Assembly: GCA_019662065.1 (NCBI GenBank)
Contig: JAIFWC010000002.1
Location: 9,298-33,297 of the forward strand
Direction: 5' to 3'
Length of the DNA stretch: 24,000 bases
Source: Candidatus Saccharimonadota bacterium
GTDB lineage: Bacteria > Patescibacteriota > Saccharimonadia > Saccharimonadales > UBA10212
The position numbers were made by a program, and so were the translations under genes. The notes beneath the pieces are model-generated. The model had not been told where the DNA came from. It did no database searches and saw only the letters and a list, made by a program, of their open reading frames with translations. Positions 1 to 6,262 of this stretch are shown one piece after another (position 1 is the stretch's first letter; the number at the start of each line of letters is the position of its first letter).

Positions 1-325
1 GGGTTTTCATTTGGGCATCGTATACCTGCCAGGTACTGATTAATAGGGATCTTTTAAAATCTTTTTTTAAGGCGGCGATTGGCTGATTCTTAGAATCAAA
101 AACATCATAAATTGCTCCAAAATCAAGGACAGATCGGGCTTTGGAGGATGCTACTACTTCTTGCTGGGATTCATCTTTATAAAGCGAGAATTGTTCGCGC
201 AAAGCAAACCGTTTTTGCTTTACGAAGCCAGCTGTTTGCTGCTGGCCATCGGGGCCATCCACAAGTACGTGGTATTCATTAACCAGCAGTGTAATTTTTT
301 GATGGAGCTCAAATAGTTTTTTCAT
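1..325 (-). CDS. LURP-one-related / YxjI-like (DUF567-type) protein, partial (runs off left edge)
   Basis: Absent from the ORF track because it is truncated. My translation from ATG (cat at 323-325) gives MKKLFELHQKITLLVNEYHVLVDGPDGQQQTAGFVKQKRFALREQFSLYKDES... and stays open to base 1. The KQK-x-F-x-LR-xx-F pattern recalls the YxjI/LURP-one family. Confidence 0.45.
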   Translation of the reverse strand, partial: MKKLFELHQKITLLVNEYHVLVDGPDGQQQTAGFVKQKRFALREQFSLYKDESQQEVVASSKARSVLDFGAIYDVFDSKNQPIAALKKDFKRSLLISTWQVYDAQMKT

Positions 326-485
326 GGGACGAAATGCGTGAAGACCATAGTGTTAATATTGTAACTAAATTGCCGGACAAAAAGCACCTCACAAAGTGCC
401 AGTAGGGTGAGCTGGATACCGAACCCACAACTAGTGTCTGCTAAAGCAGTCAGTCGCGGGAATCAAAGCCCACCAGAGCAACCAT

Positions 486-516
486 AAAAAAGTCCAAACC
501 AGGCTGGACTTTTTTT
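486..516 (-). terminator. Rho-independent terminator after tRNA-Lys (bidirectional shape)
   Basis: Stem agtcca (491-496) pairs with tggact (505-510) around an 8-nt loop. It is flanked by an A-run (486-490) and a T-run (511-516), so the minus strand reads hairpin then UUUUU. Confidence 0.7.
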
Positions 517-517
517 G

Positions 518-594
518 TGGAGGGCCCAGTGGGATTCGAACCCACGACACGCGGCTTAAAAGGCCGCTGCTCTAACCAACTGAGCTATGGGCCC
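518..594 (-). tRNA. tRNA-Lys (anticodon UUU), CCA encoded
   Basis: The reverse complement folds as a cloverleaf: GGGCCCA-TA-GCTC-AGTTGGTTA-GAGC-A-GCGGC-CTTTTAA-GCCGC-GTGTC-GTGGG-TTCGAAT-CCCAC-TGGGCCC-T-CCA. Confidence 0.95.
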
Positions 595-788
595 CCAAAT
601 CATTGTGCCGCCTCGACACTGCTTCAGGCTTAGCCCGAACCCTATCGAGGCTCTTGGCGAACTAGCGGATTGCTCGCTTGCGGTGCGTCCTCAATGTAGT
701 TTACTACACCTCCGGGCGCTCCTCAGCGGCGCCCCGCTATTTCGCTTAAGCACAATGATTTGGAGGTCTTAGCAGAATCTGAACAACT
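595..788 (-). ncRNA. Structured ~190-nt RNA co-transcribed 5' of tRNA-Lys; candidate SRP RNA with Alu-like 5' domain (family unverified)
   Basis: A perfect 14-bp closing helix joins 595-608 to 750-763. Nested hairpins are 610-616/645-651, 657-662/672-677 (G.U on minus, A.C on plus, so minus is the sense strand), 695-699/704-708 and 714-719/729-734. The minus strand reads UAGGG-[UUCGGGC UAA GCCUGAA]-GCAG (domain-IV-like AGG...GAAGCAG) and has a loop AAUCCGCUA. It has a dedicated promoter at 795-822. The only ORF here (587-772 +) overlaps the tRNA and is implausible. Confidence 0.5.
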
Positions 789-794
789 TCTTAG

Positions 795-822
795 ATTATC
801 GGTTTTTAAGAATAAAAGTCAA
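795..822 (-). promoter_or_regulatory. Sigma70-type promoter for the structured RNA + tRNA-Lys transcript
   Basis: On the minus strand, TTGACT (817-822) is followed by a 16-nt spacer and GATAAT (795-800). Confidence 0.5.
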
Positions 823-836
823 CACTTCTAAACTGC

Positions 837-862
837 AATAAAAAACACCCGATTTGGGTGTT
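837..862 (-). terminator. Rho-independent terminator of cassette 1 (repeat module, copy 1)
   Basis: The minus strand reads ACACCC-AAAUC-GGGUGU followed by UUUUUUAUU. It is 24/26 identical to 1459-1484, and both differences fall in the loop. Confidence 0.75.
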
Positions 863-868
863 GTGATT

Positions 869-903
869 GCCCCACCCAGGTTTCCGAAGAAACCGGGTGG
901 GGC
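869..903 (-). other. GC-rich 3' UTR hairpin capped by cUUCGg tetraloop (cassette 1)
   Basis: The minus RNA is GCCCCACCCGGUUUCUUCGGAAACCUGGGUGGGGC. It folds as an 11-bp outer stem (one G.U), a 1-nt 3' bulge, 4 bp and a UUCG loop, starting 23 nt after the stop codon. Confidence 0.7.
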
Positions 904-925
904 AGATGAAGCTCGAAGTGACCTC

Positions 926-1300
926 TCAGCTGTGAAGGCTGATATTGGCCACATCGCCAGGCGTGATGACGAGTTGCTCGCCACCGCTGTTGAAGATGGT
1001 GGTCTTGTCGACGCCAGGACCCGTTTTGAGCGTGACGTTGCAGCCCATGTTCAGATGCCCGCTGGAGGTCGCTACCAGATGGGTGATGACGCCGGAGTAG
1101 TAGCTATCAATGGTGGTGACGCTGCAGTTGTCGCCGACCTGCTTGCCAGAGTTGACGACCTCCGCGCCGTTGTCGAGCGAGAAGGTGTACGCACTAGGCG
1201 AACTGTCGGCTGTAGCCGAACTAGCGGCCTTGGCGCCGCCGGCGAAGGCAGCGATGGCGCAGAGAGCGACCAGCATGACGATGATATTGCGGAGAGACAC
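926..1300 (-). CDS. Small secreted protein, high-GC codon usage (paralog A), unknown function
   Basis: The GTG start at 1300 follows SD GGAGAAAGGAG by 7 nt; the longer track ORF 926..1381 has no RBS. The signal peptide is SLRNIIVMLVALCAIAAFAGGAKA/ASS. The mature part is S/T/G/N/V-rich with 2 Cys, and third codon positions are mostly G/C. Confidence 0.7.
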   Translation of the reverse strand: MSLRNIIVMLVALCAIAAFAGGAKAASSATADSSPSAYTFSLDNGAEVVNSGKQVGDNCSVTTIDSYYSGVITHLVATSSGHLNMGCNVTLKTGPGVDKTTIFNSGGEQLVITPGDVANISLHS

Positions 1301-1374
1301 GGTGTGTCTCCTTTCTCCCCTGATGGGGATAGATGACCTCAAATTTTCAAACTTCATATCCTTAGTAAGGAGTA

Positions 1375-1428
1375 ATCCCACCTCGGATTGTTATATATTA
1401 ACATAAACACGATAAAAAAGCAACATCT
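1375..1428 (-). repeat. 54-nt promoter/leader repeat, copy 1 (upstream of paralog A)
   Basis: atcccacctcggattgttatatattaacataaacacgataaaaaagcaacatct is 52/54 identical to 1989-2042. It is AT-rich with TATATA/TATAAC -10-like boxes on the minus strand. Confidence 0.85.
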
Positions 1429-1458
1429 AAAACTAAAACTTAACCTGGAATACTTGAT

Positions 1459-1484
1459 AATAAAAAACACCCGACGTGGGTGTT
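1459..1484 (-). terminator. Rho-independent terminator of cassette 2 (repeat module, copy 2)
   Basis: aataaaaaacacccgacgtgggtgtt has the same stem and U-tract as 837-862. Confidence 0.75.
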
Positions 1485-1487
1485 ACT

Positions 1488-1524
1488 GCCGCGACTCGAA
1501 ACTCCGAAGAGTTCGAGCCGCGGC
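1488..1524 (-). other. GC-rich 3' UTR hairpin capped by cUUCGg tetraloop (cassette 2)
   Basis: The minus RNA is GCCGCGGCUCGAACUCUUCGGAGUUUCGAGUCGCGGC. It folds as a 12-bp outer stem, a 1-nt 3' bulge, 4 bp and a UUCG loop. The architecture matches 869-903 although the stem sequence differs. Confidence 0.7.
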
Positions 1525-1544
1525 CTTGAAGTGAAGATGATTCC

Positions 1545-1910
1545 CTAGCGGACCTTGATGTTGACAGCCCTGGATGCGACGAGACTGCCGTTGCACATGA
1601 GGTCGAACGTCAACTTCGAGTTCTTGTAGAGCGCCGGAGTGCTGAGCTGGCCGCCAGCCGATTGGCCAGAGGCGATAGTGCCCAGCGGGGCGTCGAAATT
1701 GAGCTCTTCGATGTGCAGGTAGCACGAGGCGTCCGAGGACGTGTTGTTCGTGACCGCGTAGTTCACTGTTGCGTTCCCGCCCGTCGAAACGAACGAGACT
1801 TGCGGCACCACACTCAGGCTGAAGCCTGACGGACTTGCAGATGCGACGGCTGAAGCCGCGAGAGCGAGTGTCAGTGAAGCGACTGCAATGACGATGAACT
1901 TGCGAAGCAT
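1545..1910 (-). CDS. Small secreted protein, high-GC codon usage (paralog B), unknown function
   Basis: The ATG at 1910 is preceded by GGGGAGGAAGTGAGG. The signal peptide is MLRKFIVIAVASLTLALAASAVASA/SPSG. There are 2 Cys and GC3 is visibly high. The track ORF 1545..2024 extends into the AT-rich leader and is not credible upstream of 1910. Confidence 0.7.
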   Translation of the reverse strand: MLRKFIVIAVASLTLALAASAVASASPSGFSLSVVPQVSFVSTGGNATVNYAVTNNTSSDASCYLHIEELNFDAPLGTIASGQSAGGQLSTPALYKNSKLTFDLMCNGSLVASRAVNIKVR

Positions 1911-1988
1911 TTCTGCCTCACTTCCTCCCCGAGGGGGAATCGTAGGTCCCTGGTTGTCAAATCTTGTACTTCTATCCTCAGCAGGAGT

Positions 1989-2042
1989 ATCCCACCTTGG
2001 ATTGTTATATATTAACATAAACACGATAAAAAAGCAATATCT
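1989..2042 (-). repeat. 54-nt promoter/leader repeat, copy 2 (upstream of paralog B)
   Basis: It is 52/54 identical to 1375-1428. Weaker homology continues through both leaders to a CCCC-N3/4-GGGG hairpin just 5' of each SD. Confidence 0.85.
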
Positions 2043-2127
2043 TTTATGGTTTTACTCCTTAAACTCAAGCAATTAACTTCTTAGCCAAGCTGTGGGATTA
2101 TTGCTTTGTCCACCGAAATTTTTCATC

Positions 2128-2391
2128 ATGCAATATGTATACGTACTAAGAAGTAAAAAAGATAAGCAGCTGTATGTTGGCTGTACCTACGATGTTAAGA
2201 AGCGTCTGTATGAGCATAATGGTAATAGAGTCCCTGCAACATCCTACAGAGGTCCATTTGAGGTAATTTACTATGAAGCATACCGAAATAAGTATGATGC
2301 TTTCTTCCGTGAAAAATGGCTAAAGACCGGTTGGGGACGACGGTACCTGAGAAAGGCGCTCCATAGTACGATGAAAAATTTAGGCGGATAA
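2128..2391 (+). CDS. GIY-YIG nuclease family protein (small, stand-alone)
   Basis: MQYVYVLRSKKDKQLYVGCTYDVKKRLYEHN carries the GIY...YIG-type motifs (YVY / YVG) plus R and E-H-N. I prefer the ATG at 2128 to the GTG at 2092. Confidence 0.8.
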   Translation: MQYVYVLRSKKDKQLYVGCTYDVKKRLYEHNGNRVPATSYRGPFEVIYYEAYRNKYDAFFREKWLKTGWGRRYLRKALHSTMKNLGG

Positions 2392-2393
2392 AA

Positions 2394-3833
2394 ATGAGGA
2401 AATTCCGCCGCACCAGTTTAATTGCCGCTCTTTGCTTATCGGCTTTAGTCGGGTTAGGGCTATCTAGAAAAATCAGTTTTACACCCAATATTTGGTACTT
2501 AGGGCTTTCGCCAGTGTTATTACTCCTTAAGCGTAAAAGCCTTTTGTCCCTGCTGGTGATTGTAGGGTTAGGCCTCGGGCTTGGTCTGTGGCGTGGTAGT
2601 TTGTACATGAATCATGTCTATCAGCTTAAGGCCCTAACAGGTCAAAAAGTTACCATTCAGGCTACGGCGACTGCCGATGCGGTTTACTCAACACGTGGGC
2701 AGATTGAATTCACGGCCAACAAGTCTCAGCTTTTGCTACCTGACAATAAACCGCTGGCTGGCAGTTTTAAAATCAGCGGCTTTGGCGTGCCGATGATTTA
2801 TCGGGGCGATAAAGTCCAGGTTTCGGGCAAGCTGTTTCCAATGCGCGGCAGTAATCAAGCCCGGATTGCCTACGCTCAGTTGCAGCGGCTGAGAGGCAAC
2901 GATGGCTTACTGTTTGGATTGACCCGCCGCTTTAACGCCGGCATGCAAAGCGCCTTACCGGAGCCTATGGCCTCATTCGGGCTAGGGCTCTTAATAGGCC
3001 AGCGGACTACCCTGCCGGCCGACATTACTGCGGCTCTGACAGCCGTTGGGCTAGTGCATATCGTGGCTGTTTCGGGCTATAACCTGACAATTATTGTCCG
3101 CGGTGTCGGCCGGCTAAAGCTGGGCTCCAAGTACCAAAAGTTGCTTATTTCGCTGGGATTGATAGCAATTTTTGTGCTAGTGACCGGCTTTAGCGCCAGC
3201 ATAGTCCGGGCGGCCATCGTATCAGTTCTTAGCCTGTGGGCTTGGTATTATGGCCGACATATCAAACCAGTCGCCCTTATTAGTTTTGCCGCAGCCGTCA
3301 CCGGACTGTGGAATCCGTTTTATATCTGGGGCGACCTGGGCTGGTATTTGTCTTTCCTAGCTTTCTTTGGCGTATTAGTGATTGCCCCGCTAATCGCTGC
3401 CCGCTTTAAGCAACAGCCCAAATTATTAACTATGGTACTGCTAGAAACCTTATCGGCCGAGGTTATGACGCTGCCGTTGATCCTGATGACTTTTAGCCAG
3501 CTATCTATTGTGGCGCTAATCGCTAATCTGTTAATTGTGCCTTTGGTGCCACTGGCGATGCTGTTAACGGCTGTAGCCGGAGCGGCCGGGGCTTTTATGC
3601 CACAAATTGCCGGCTGGTTGGCTTTGCCAGCCCGCTTGCTACTGACATACATGCTTGATCTAGTCCACGCGCTATCTAATATTCCATCAGCGTTAGTCCA
3701 TAGGGCTATCAGTCTCATATATATGTTGGCTTTCTACACAGTCGTTTTATTGGTGGTGTTAATTATGCATCATAGAAGGTCCAAAGCTAGGCCCAAAGGG
3801 CCCATCATGAACACCTTAAACATGGTAAAATAA
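2394..3833 (+). CDS. comEC: ComEC/Rec2-family DNA internalisation channel, short form without C-terminal MBL domain
   Basis: Polytopic membrane protein with an N-terminal OB-like region (DUF4131-like) and the competence-domain motif GLVHIVAVSGYNLTII. It ends about 30 aa after the last TM segment. Confidence 0.8.
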   Translation: MRKFRRTSLIAALCLSALVGLGLSRKISFTPNIWYLGLSPVLLLLKRKSLLSLLVIVGLGLGLGLWRGSLYMNHVYQLKALTGQKVTIQATATADAVYSTRGQIEFTANKSQLLLPDNKPLAGSFKISGFGVPMIYRGDKVQVSGKLFPMRGSNQARIAYAQLQRLRGNDGLLFGLTRRFNAGMQSALPEPMASFGLGLLIGQRTTLPADITAALTAVGLVHIVAVSGYNLTIIVRGVGRLKLGSKYQKLLISLGLIAIFVLVTGFSASIVRAAIVSVLSLWAWYYGRHIKPVALISFAAAVTGLWNPFYIWGDLGWYLSFLAFFGVLVIAPLIAARFKQQPKLLTMVLLETLSAEVMTLPLILMTFSQLSIVALIANLLIVPLVPLAMLLTAVAGAAGAFMPQIAGWLALPARLLLTYMLDLVHALSNIPSALVHRAISLIYMLAFYTVVLLVVLIMHHRRSKARPKGPIMNTLNMVK

Positions 3834-3838
3834 CAGAT

Positions 3839-4570
3839 ATGTCTGGACATTCTAAGTGGGCGACAATTAAGCGCCAAAAAGGAGCTAACGATGCCAAACG
3901 TGGCGCTTTATTTACCAAGCTGGGAAATCAGCTGGCAATTGCGGCTCGCGGCGGTATTGACCCGGCGCACAATTCGGCGCTGGCGCTGGCTATAGAAAAA
4001 GCTAAAGCCGCCAACATGCCAACCGCCAACATTGAGCGGTCTATCCAGCGGGCCGCCGATAAGTCAGCCGCCCAACTAGAACAAGCCATGTACGAGGGCT
4101 ATGGGCCTGGTGGTGTAGCGGTTTTAGTGGAAGTTGCCACAGATAACAAAAATCGCACCTTGCCGGAAGTCCGCACTGCTTTTAGCAAAAGTGGCGGCAG
4201 CATGGCTGAGCCGGGTAGCGTGGCTTTTCAATTTAGCCGCAAGGGAATAATTCGTTTGAAAGGGACTGGTGACGGGGTAGAATTGCAGGCCATCGAAGCC
4301 GGCGCCGAAGATGTTTTTGAGGAGCCAGAAACCGGGGAAACCGTCGTGCATACTGCCCCTAATGAATTAGCCAAAGTCCGAGATGCCTTGAAGAAGCAGG
4401 GGGCCGAAGTCGTAGATGCCGAACTCAGCCATGAGCCCAACAACACCATGGAAATATCTGATCCCGAAACTGCCCGCAAAATTATTCGGCTAATGGACAC
4501 TTTGGAAGACCTCGATGATGTCACCGCCACCCACACCAACTTCGAGCTAGCTGATAGCTTAAATCTTTAG
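3839..4570 (+). CDS. yebC: YebC/PmpR family DNA-binding transcriptional regulator
   Basis: It has the N-terminal MSGHSKWATIKRQKG signature, is 243 aa long, and shows the classical linkage upstream of ruvC. Confidence 0.9.
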   Translation: MSGHSKWATIKRQKGANDAKRGALFTKLGNQLAIAARGGIDPAHNSALALAIEKAKAANMPTANIERSIQRAADKSAAQLEQAMYEGYGPGGVAVLVEVATDNKNRTLPEVRTAFSKSGGSMAEPGSVAFQFSRKGIIRLKGTGDGVELQAIEAGAEDVFEEPETGETVVHTAPNELAKVRDALKKQGAEVVDAELSHEPNNTMEISDPETARKIIRLMDTLEDLDDVTATHTNFELADSLNL

Positions 4571-4571
4571 A

Positions 4572-5210
4572 ATGCGCTTGTTTTTATCTTCTTACAGGGC
4601 GGGGAATTACCCTGAAAAGCTGGTAAAGCTTTTTGGCAAGGGTACCAAGGTGGCGGTTATTACCAATGCCAAAGATTACAAAAGCCCAGCCGAACGCCAG
4701 GAAAGTGCAGGGGATTTACTCGATTTTTTAAGTGAGTTGGGGTTAAAGCCGATAGAGCTGGATTTACGGTCGTATTTTGATAACAAAGATAAATTAAACA
4801 AAGAGCTATCAAACTATGCGGCTGTGTGGCTGGCCGGCGGCAACGCCTTTCTATTACGCCGGGCGTTAGCTTATAGCGGCGCCGATAAGCTACTCTATGA
4901 CTTAGTGCGTAAAAATGAGTTAGTGTATGCCGGCGAAAGCGCTGGAGCTATTTTAGCAACGCCTAGCCTTACTGGCGCAAGTGGTGAGGGTGAGGACGAT
5001 CCTAAACTTGTGCCTGACGGCTATCAACCCGAAATTATTTGGAACGGGCTGGATTTTATTTCTTATCATCTGGTGCCGCACTATCAATCGGAATGGTCGG
5101 GTGCCGACGATATGCTCAAAACCCTCATGGCCAAAAATTTGCCATATAAAACTTTGACCGACAATCAAGTATTGTTAATAAACGGTGCCCAAGAGGAACT
5201 TTTAGGATGA
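4572..5210 (+). CDS. Peptidase S51 (dipeptidase E-like) / type 1 glutamine amidotransferase-like protein
   Basis: It has LAGGNAFLL and the GESAGA nucleophile-elbow motif. It sits between yebC and ruvC and overlaps ruvC by ATGA. Confidence 0.7.
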   Translation: MRLFLSSYRAGNYPEKLVKLFGKGTKVAVITNAKDYKSPAERQESAGDLLDFLSELGLKPIELDLRSYFDNKDKLNKELSNYAAVWLAGGNAFLLRRALAYSGADKLLYDLVRKNELVYAGESAGAILATPSLTGASGEGEDDPKLVPDGYQPEIIWNGLDFISYHLVPHYQSEWSGADDMLKTLMAKNLPYKTLTDNQVLLINGAQEELLG

Positions 5211-5683
5211 GGATTATTGGCATTGACCCTGGTACGGGTATTTTGGGGTTTGGGGTAATTGAGTCAGAGAGTGGCAAAAACCAGCTGGTGGATGCTGGTG
5301 TGATTCGGACTCCAGTCAAAGAGGACGATGCCGTACGATTGCAGACGATTTATGAAGAAATATCAGATATAATCGCCCAGACAAAACCTCAGGAAATGTC
5401 TATCGAAAGGCTATTTTTTGCCCAAAATGTCACTACGGCCATGACCGTGGCACAGGCCAGGGGAGTGGTACTGCTGGCCGGTATGCAGGCTGGACTGAAA
5501 ATCAGCGAATACACACCGCTGCAAATCAAACAGTCTTTGACCGGCTATGGCCGGGCCGAGAAAAAGCAGATGCAGGAGATGGTTCGAGTCCTGCTGGGGC
5601 TACCAGAGGTACCTCAGCCCGATGACTGTGCCGATGCCTTGGCGGCGGCCTTAACCCACGCTGCCACGAGTAAGGTAAAATAA
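5207..5683 (+). CDS. ruvC: Crossover junction endodeoxyribonuclease RuvC
   Basis: It has the MRIIGIDPG N-terminus and the C-terminal DDCADALAAALTH motif, and is 158 aa long. Confidence 0.92.
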   Translation: MRIIGIDPGTGILGFGVIESESGKNQLVDAGVIRTPVKEDDAVRLQTIYEEISDIIAQTKPQEMSIERLFFAQNVTTAMTVAQARGVVLLAGMQAGLKISEYTPLQIKQSLTGYGRAEKKQMQEMVRVLLGLPEVPQPDDCADALAAALTHAATSKVK

Positions 5684-5687
5684 GGCC

Positions 5688-6260
5688 ATGATAGCGACGC
5701 TGGAAGGGAAGATAGCCCAAAAAATCGGTGACTTAGTCGTCATTGAATGCGGCGGCGTGGGCTACGGCCTGTTCGTCACATTCGAGGATTTTGGGGCTCT
5801 TAACAGCGGCGAAGAAGCCAAATTATTTATTTACGAGCATATCCGCGAAAACACCCACGATTTATTTGGTTTTCGTAATCTTGAAACTAAGTTTTTATTT
5901 GAGCAACTACTGAGTGTTAATGGAGTGGGGCCTAAAATGGCCCTGGCGATTTTAAGTGTTGCCAATGCCAGCCAGGTGCGCAAAGCCATTGCCGCCGGCG
6001 ACACCAAATTTATCTCGCAAGCCACAGGGGTCGGAAAGCGCGTCGCTGAGCGGGTAGTAGTAGACCTCAAAGACAAGGTTGGCTTAACTTCAGACGAAAA
6101 CGCCACAGACTTCCTAACTGCCACCGCCAACCCCAACGACGAAGCCCTGCAAGGCCTCGTAGCCCTTGGCTACTCCGTCCAAGATGCCGCTGAGGCTTTA
6201 AAAGACATAGATGATAAACTGTCTGCAGAAGAACGTATCAAGTTAGCCCTAAAAAACTAA
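5688..6260 (+). CDS. ruvA: Holliday junction branch migration complex subunit RuvA
   Basis: It begins MIATLEGKI...GGVGYGLFV, has the HhH motifs LLSVNGVGPKMALAIL and GVGKRVAERVVVDLK, and is 190 aa long. Confidence 0.92.
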   Translation: MIATLEGKIAQKIGDLVVIECGGVGYGLFVTFEDFGALNSGEEAKLFIYEHIRENTHDLFGFRNLETKFLFEQLLSVNGVGPKMALAILSVANASQVRKAIAAGDTKFISQATGVGKRVAERVVVDLKDKVGLTSDENATDFLTATANPNDEALQGLVALGYSVQDAAEALKDIDDKLSAEERIKLALKN

Positions 6261-6262
6261 AA

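Noticed and set aside
361-480. tRNA-like string ggataccgaaccc and small hairpins between the LURP-like gene and the tRNA-Lys terminator; also a 23-codon ORF from ATG 334
   Set aside because: No cloverleaf or acceptor pairing can be drawn, and there is only a 4-bp hairpin. The mini-ORF has no RBS. This is most likely just the promoter/5' region of the LURP-like gene.
587-772. 61-aa ORF starting inside tRNA-Lys
   Set aside because: It begins within the tRNA acceptor stem and runs through a region better explained by conserved-looking RNA helices. It has no RBS.
854-1336. 160-aa plus-strand ORF (with 1110..1406 + and 1483..1725 -) covering the high-GC cassette
   Set aside because: These are shadow ORFs typical of high-GC coding DNA. 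They have no RBS and a D/R/A/G-rich nonsense-like composition. The opposite-strand genes have an SD, a signal peptide and terminators.
784-2083. 10-nt direct repeat aacttcttag (784-793 and 2074-2083) flanking the twin cassettes as a possible target-site duplication
   Set aside because: Chance 10-mer repeats are expected many times in 24 kb. The left copy also overlaps the predicted TSS of the tRNA-Lys transcript. This is not enough to call an insertion boundary.
2195-2608. 137-aa minus-strand ORF overlapping the GIY-YIG and comEC genes
   Set aside because: It is antisense to two well-supported genes, and its Arg/Pro/Ser-rich sequence has no start context.
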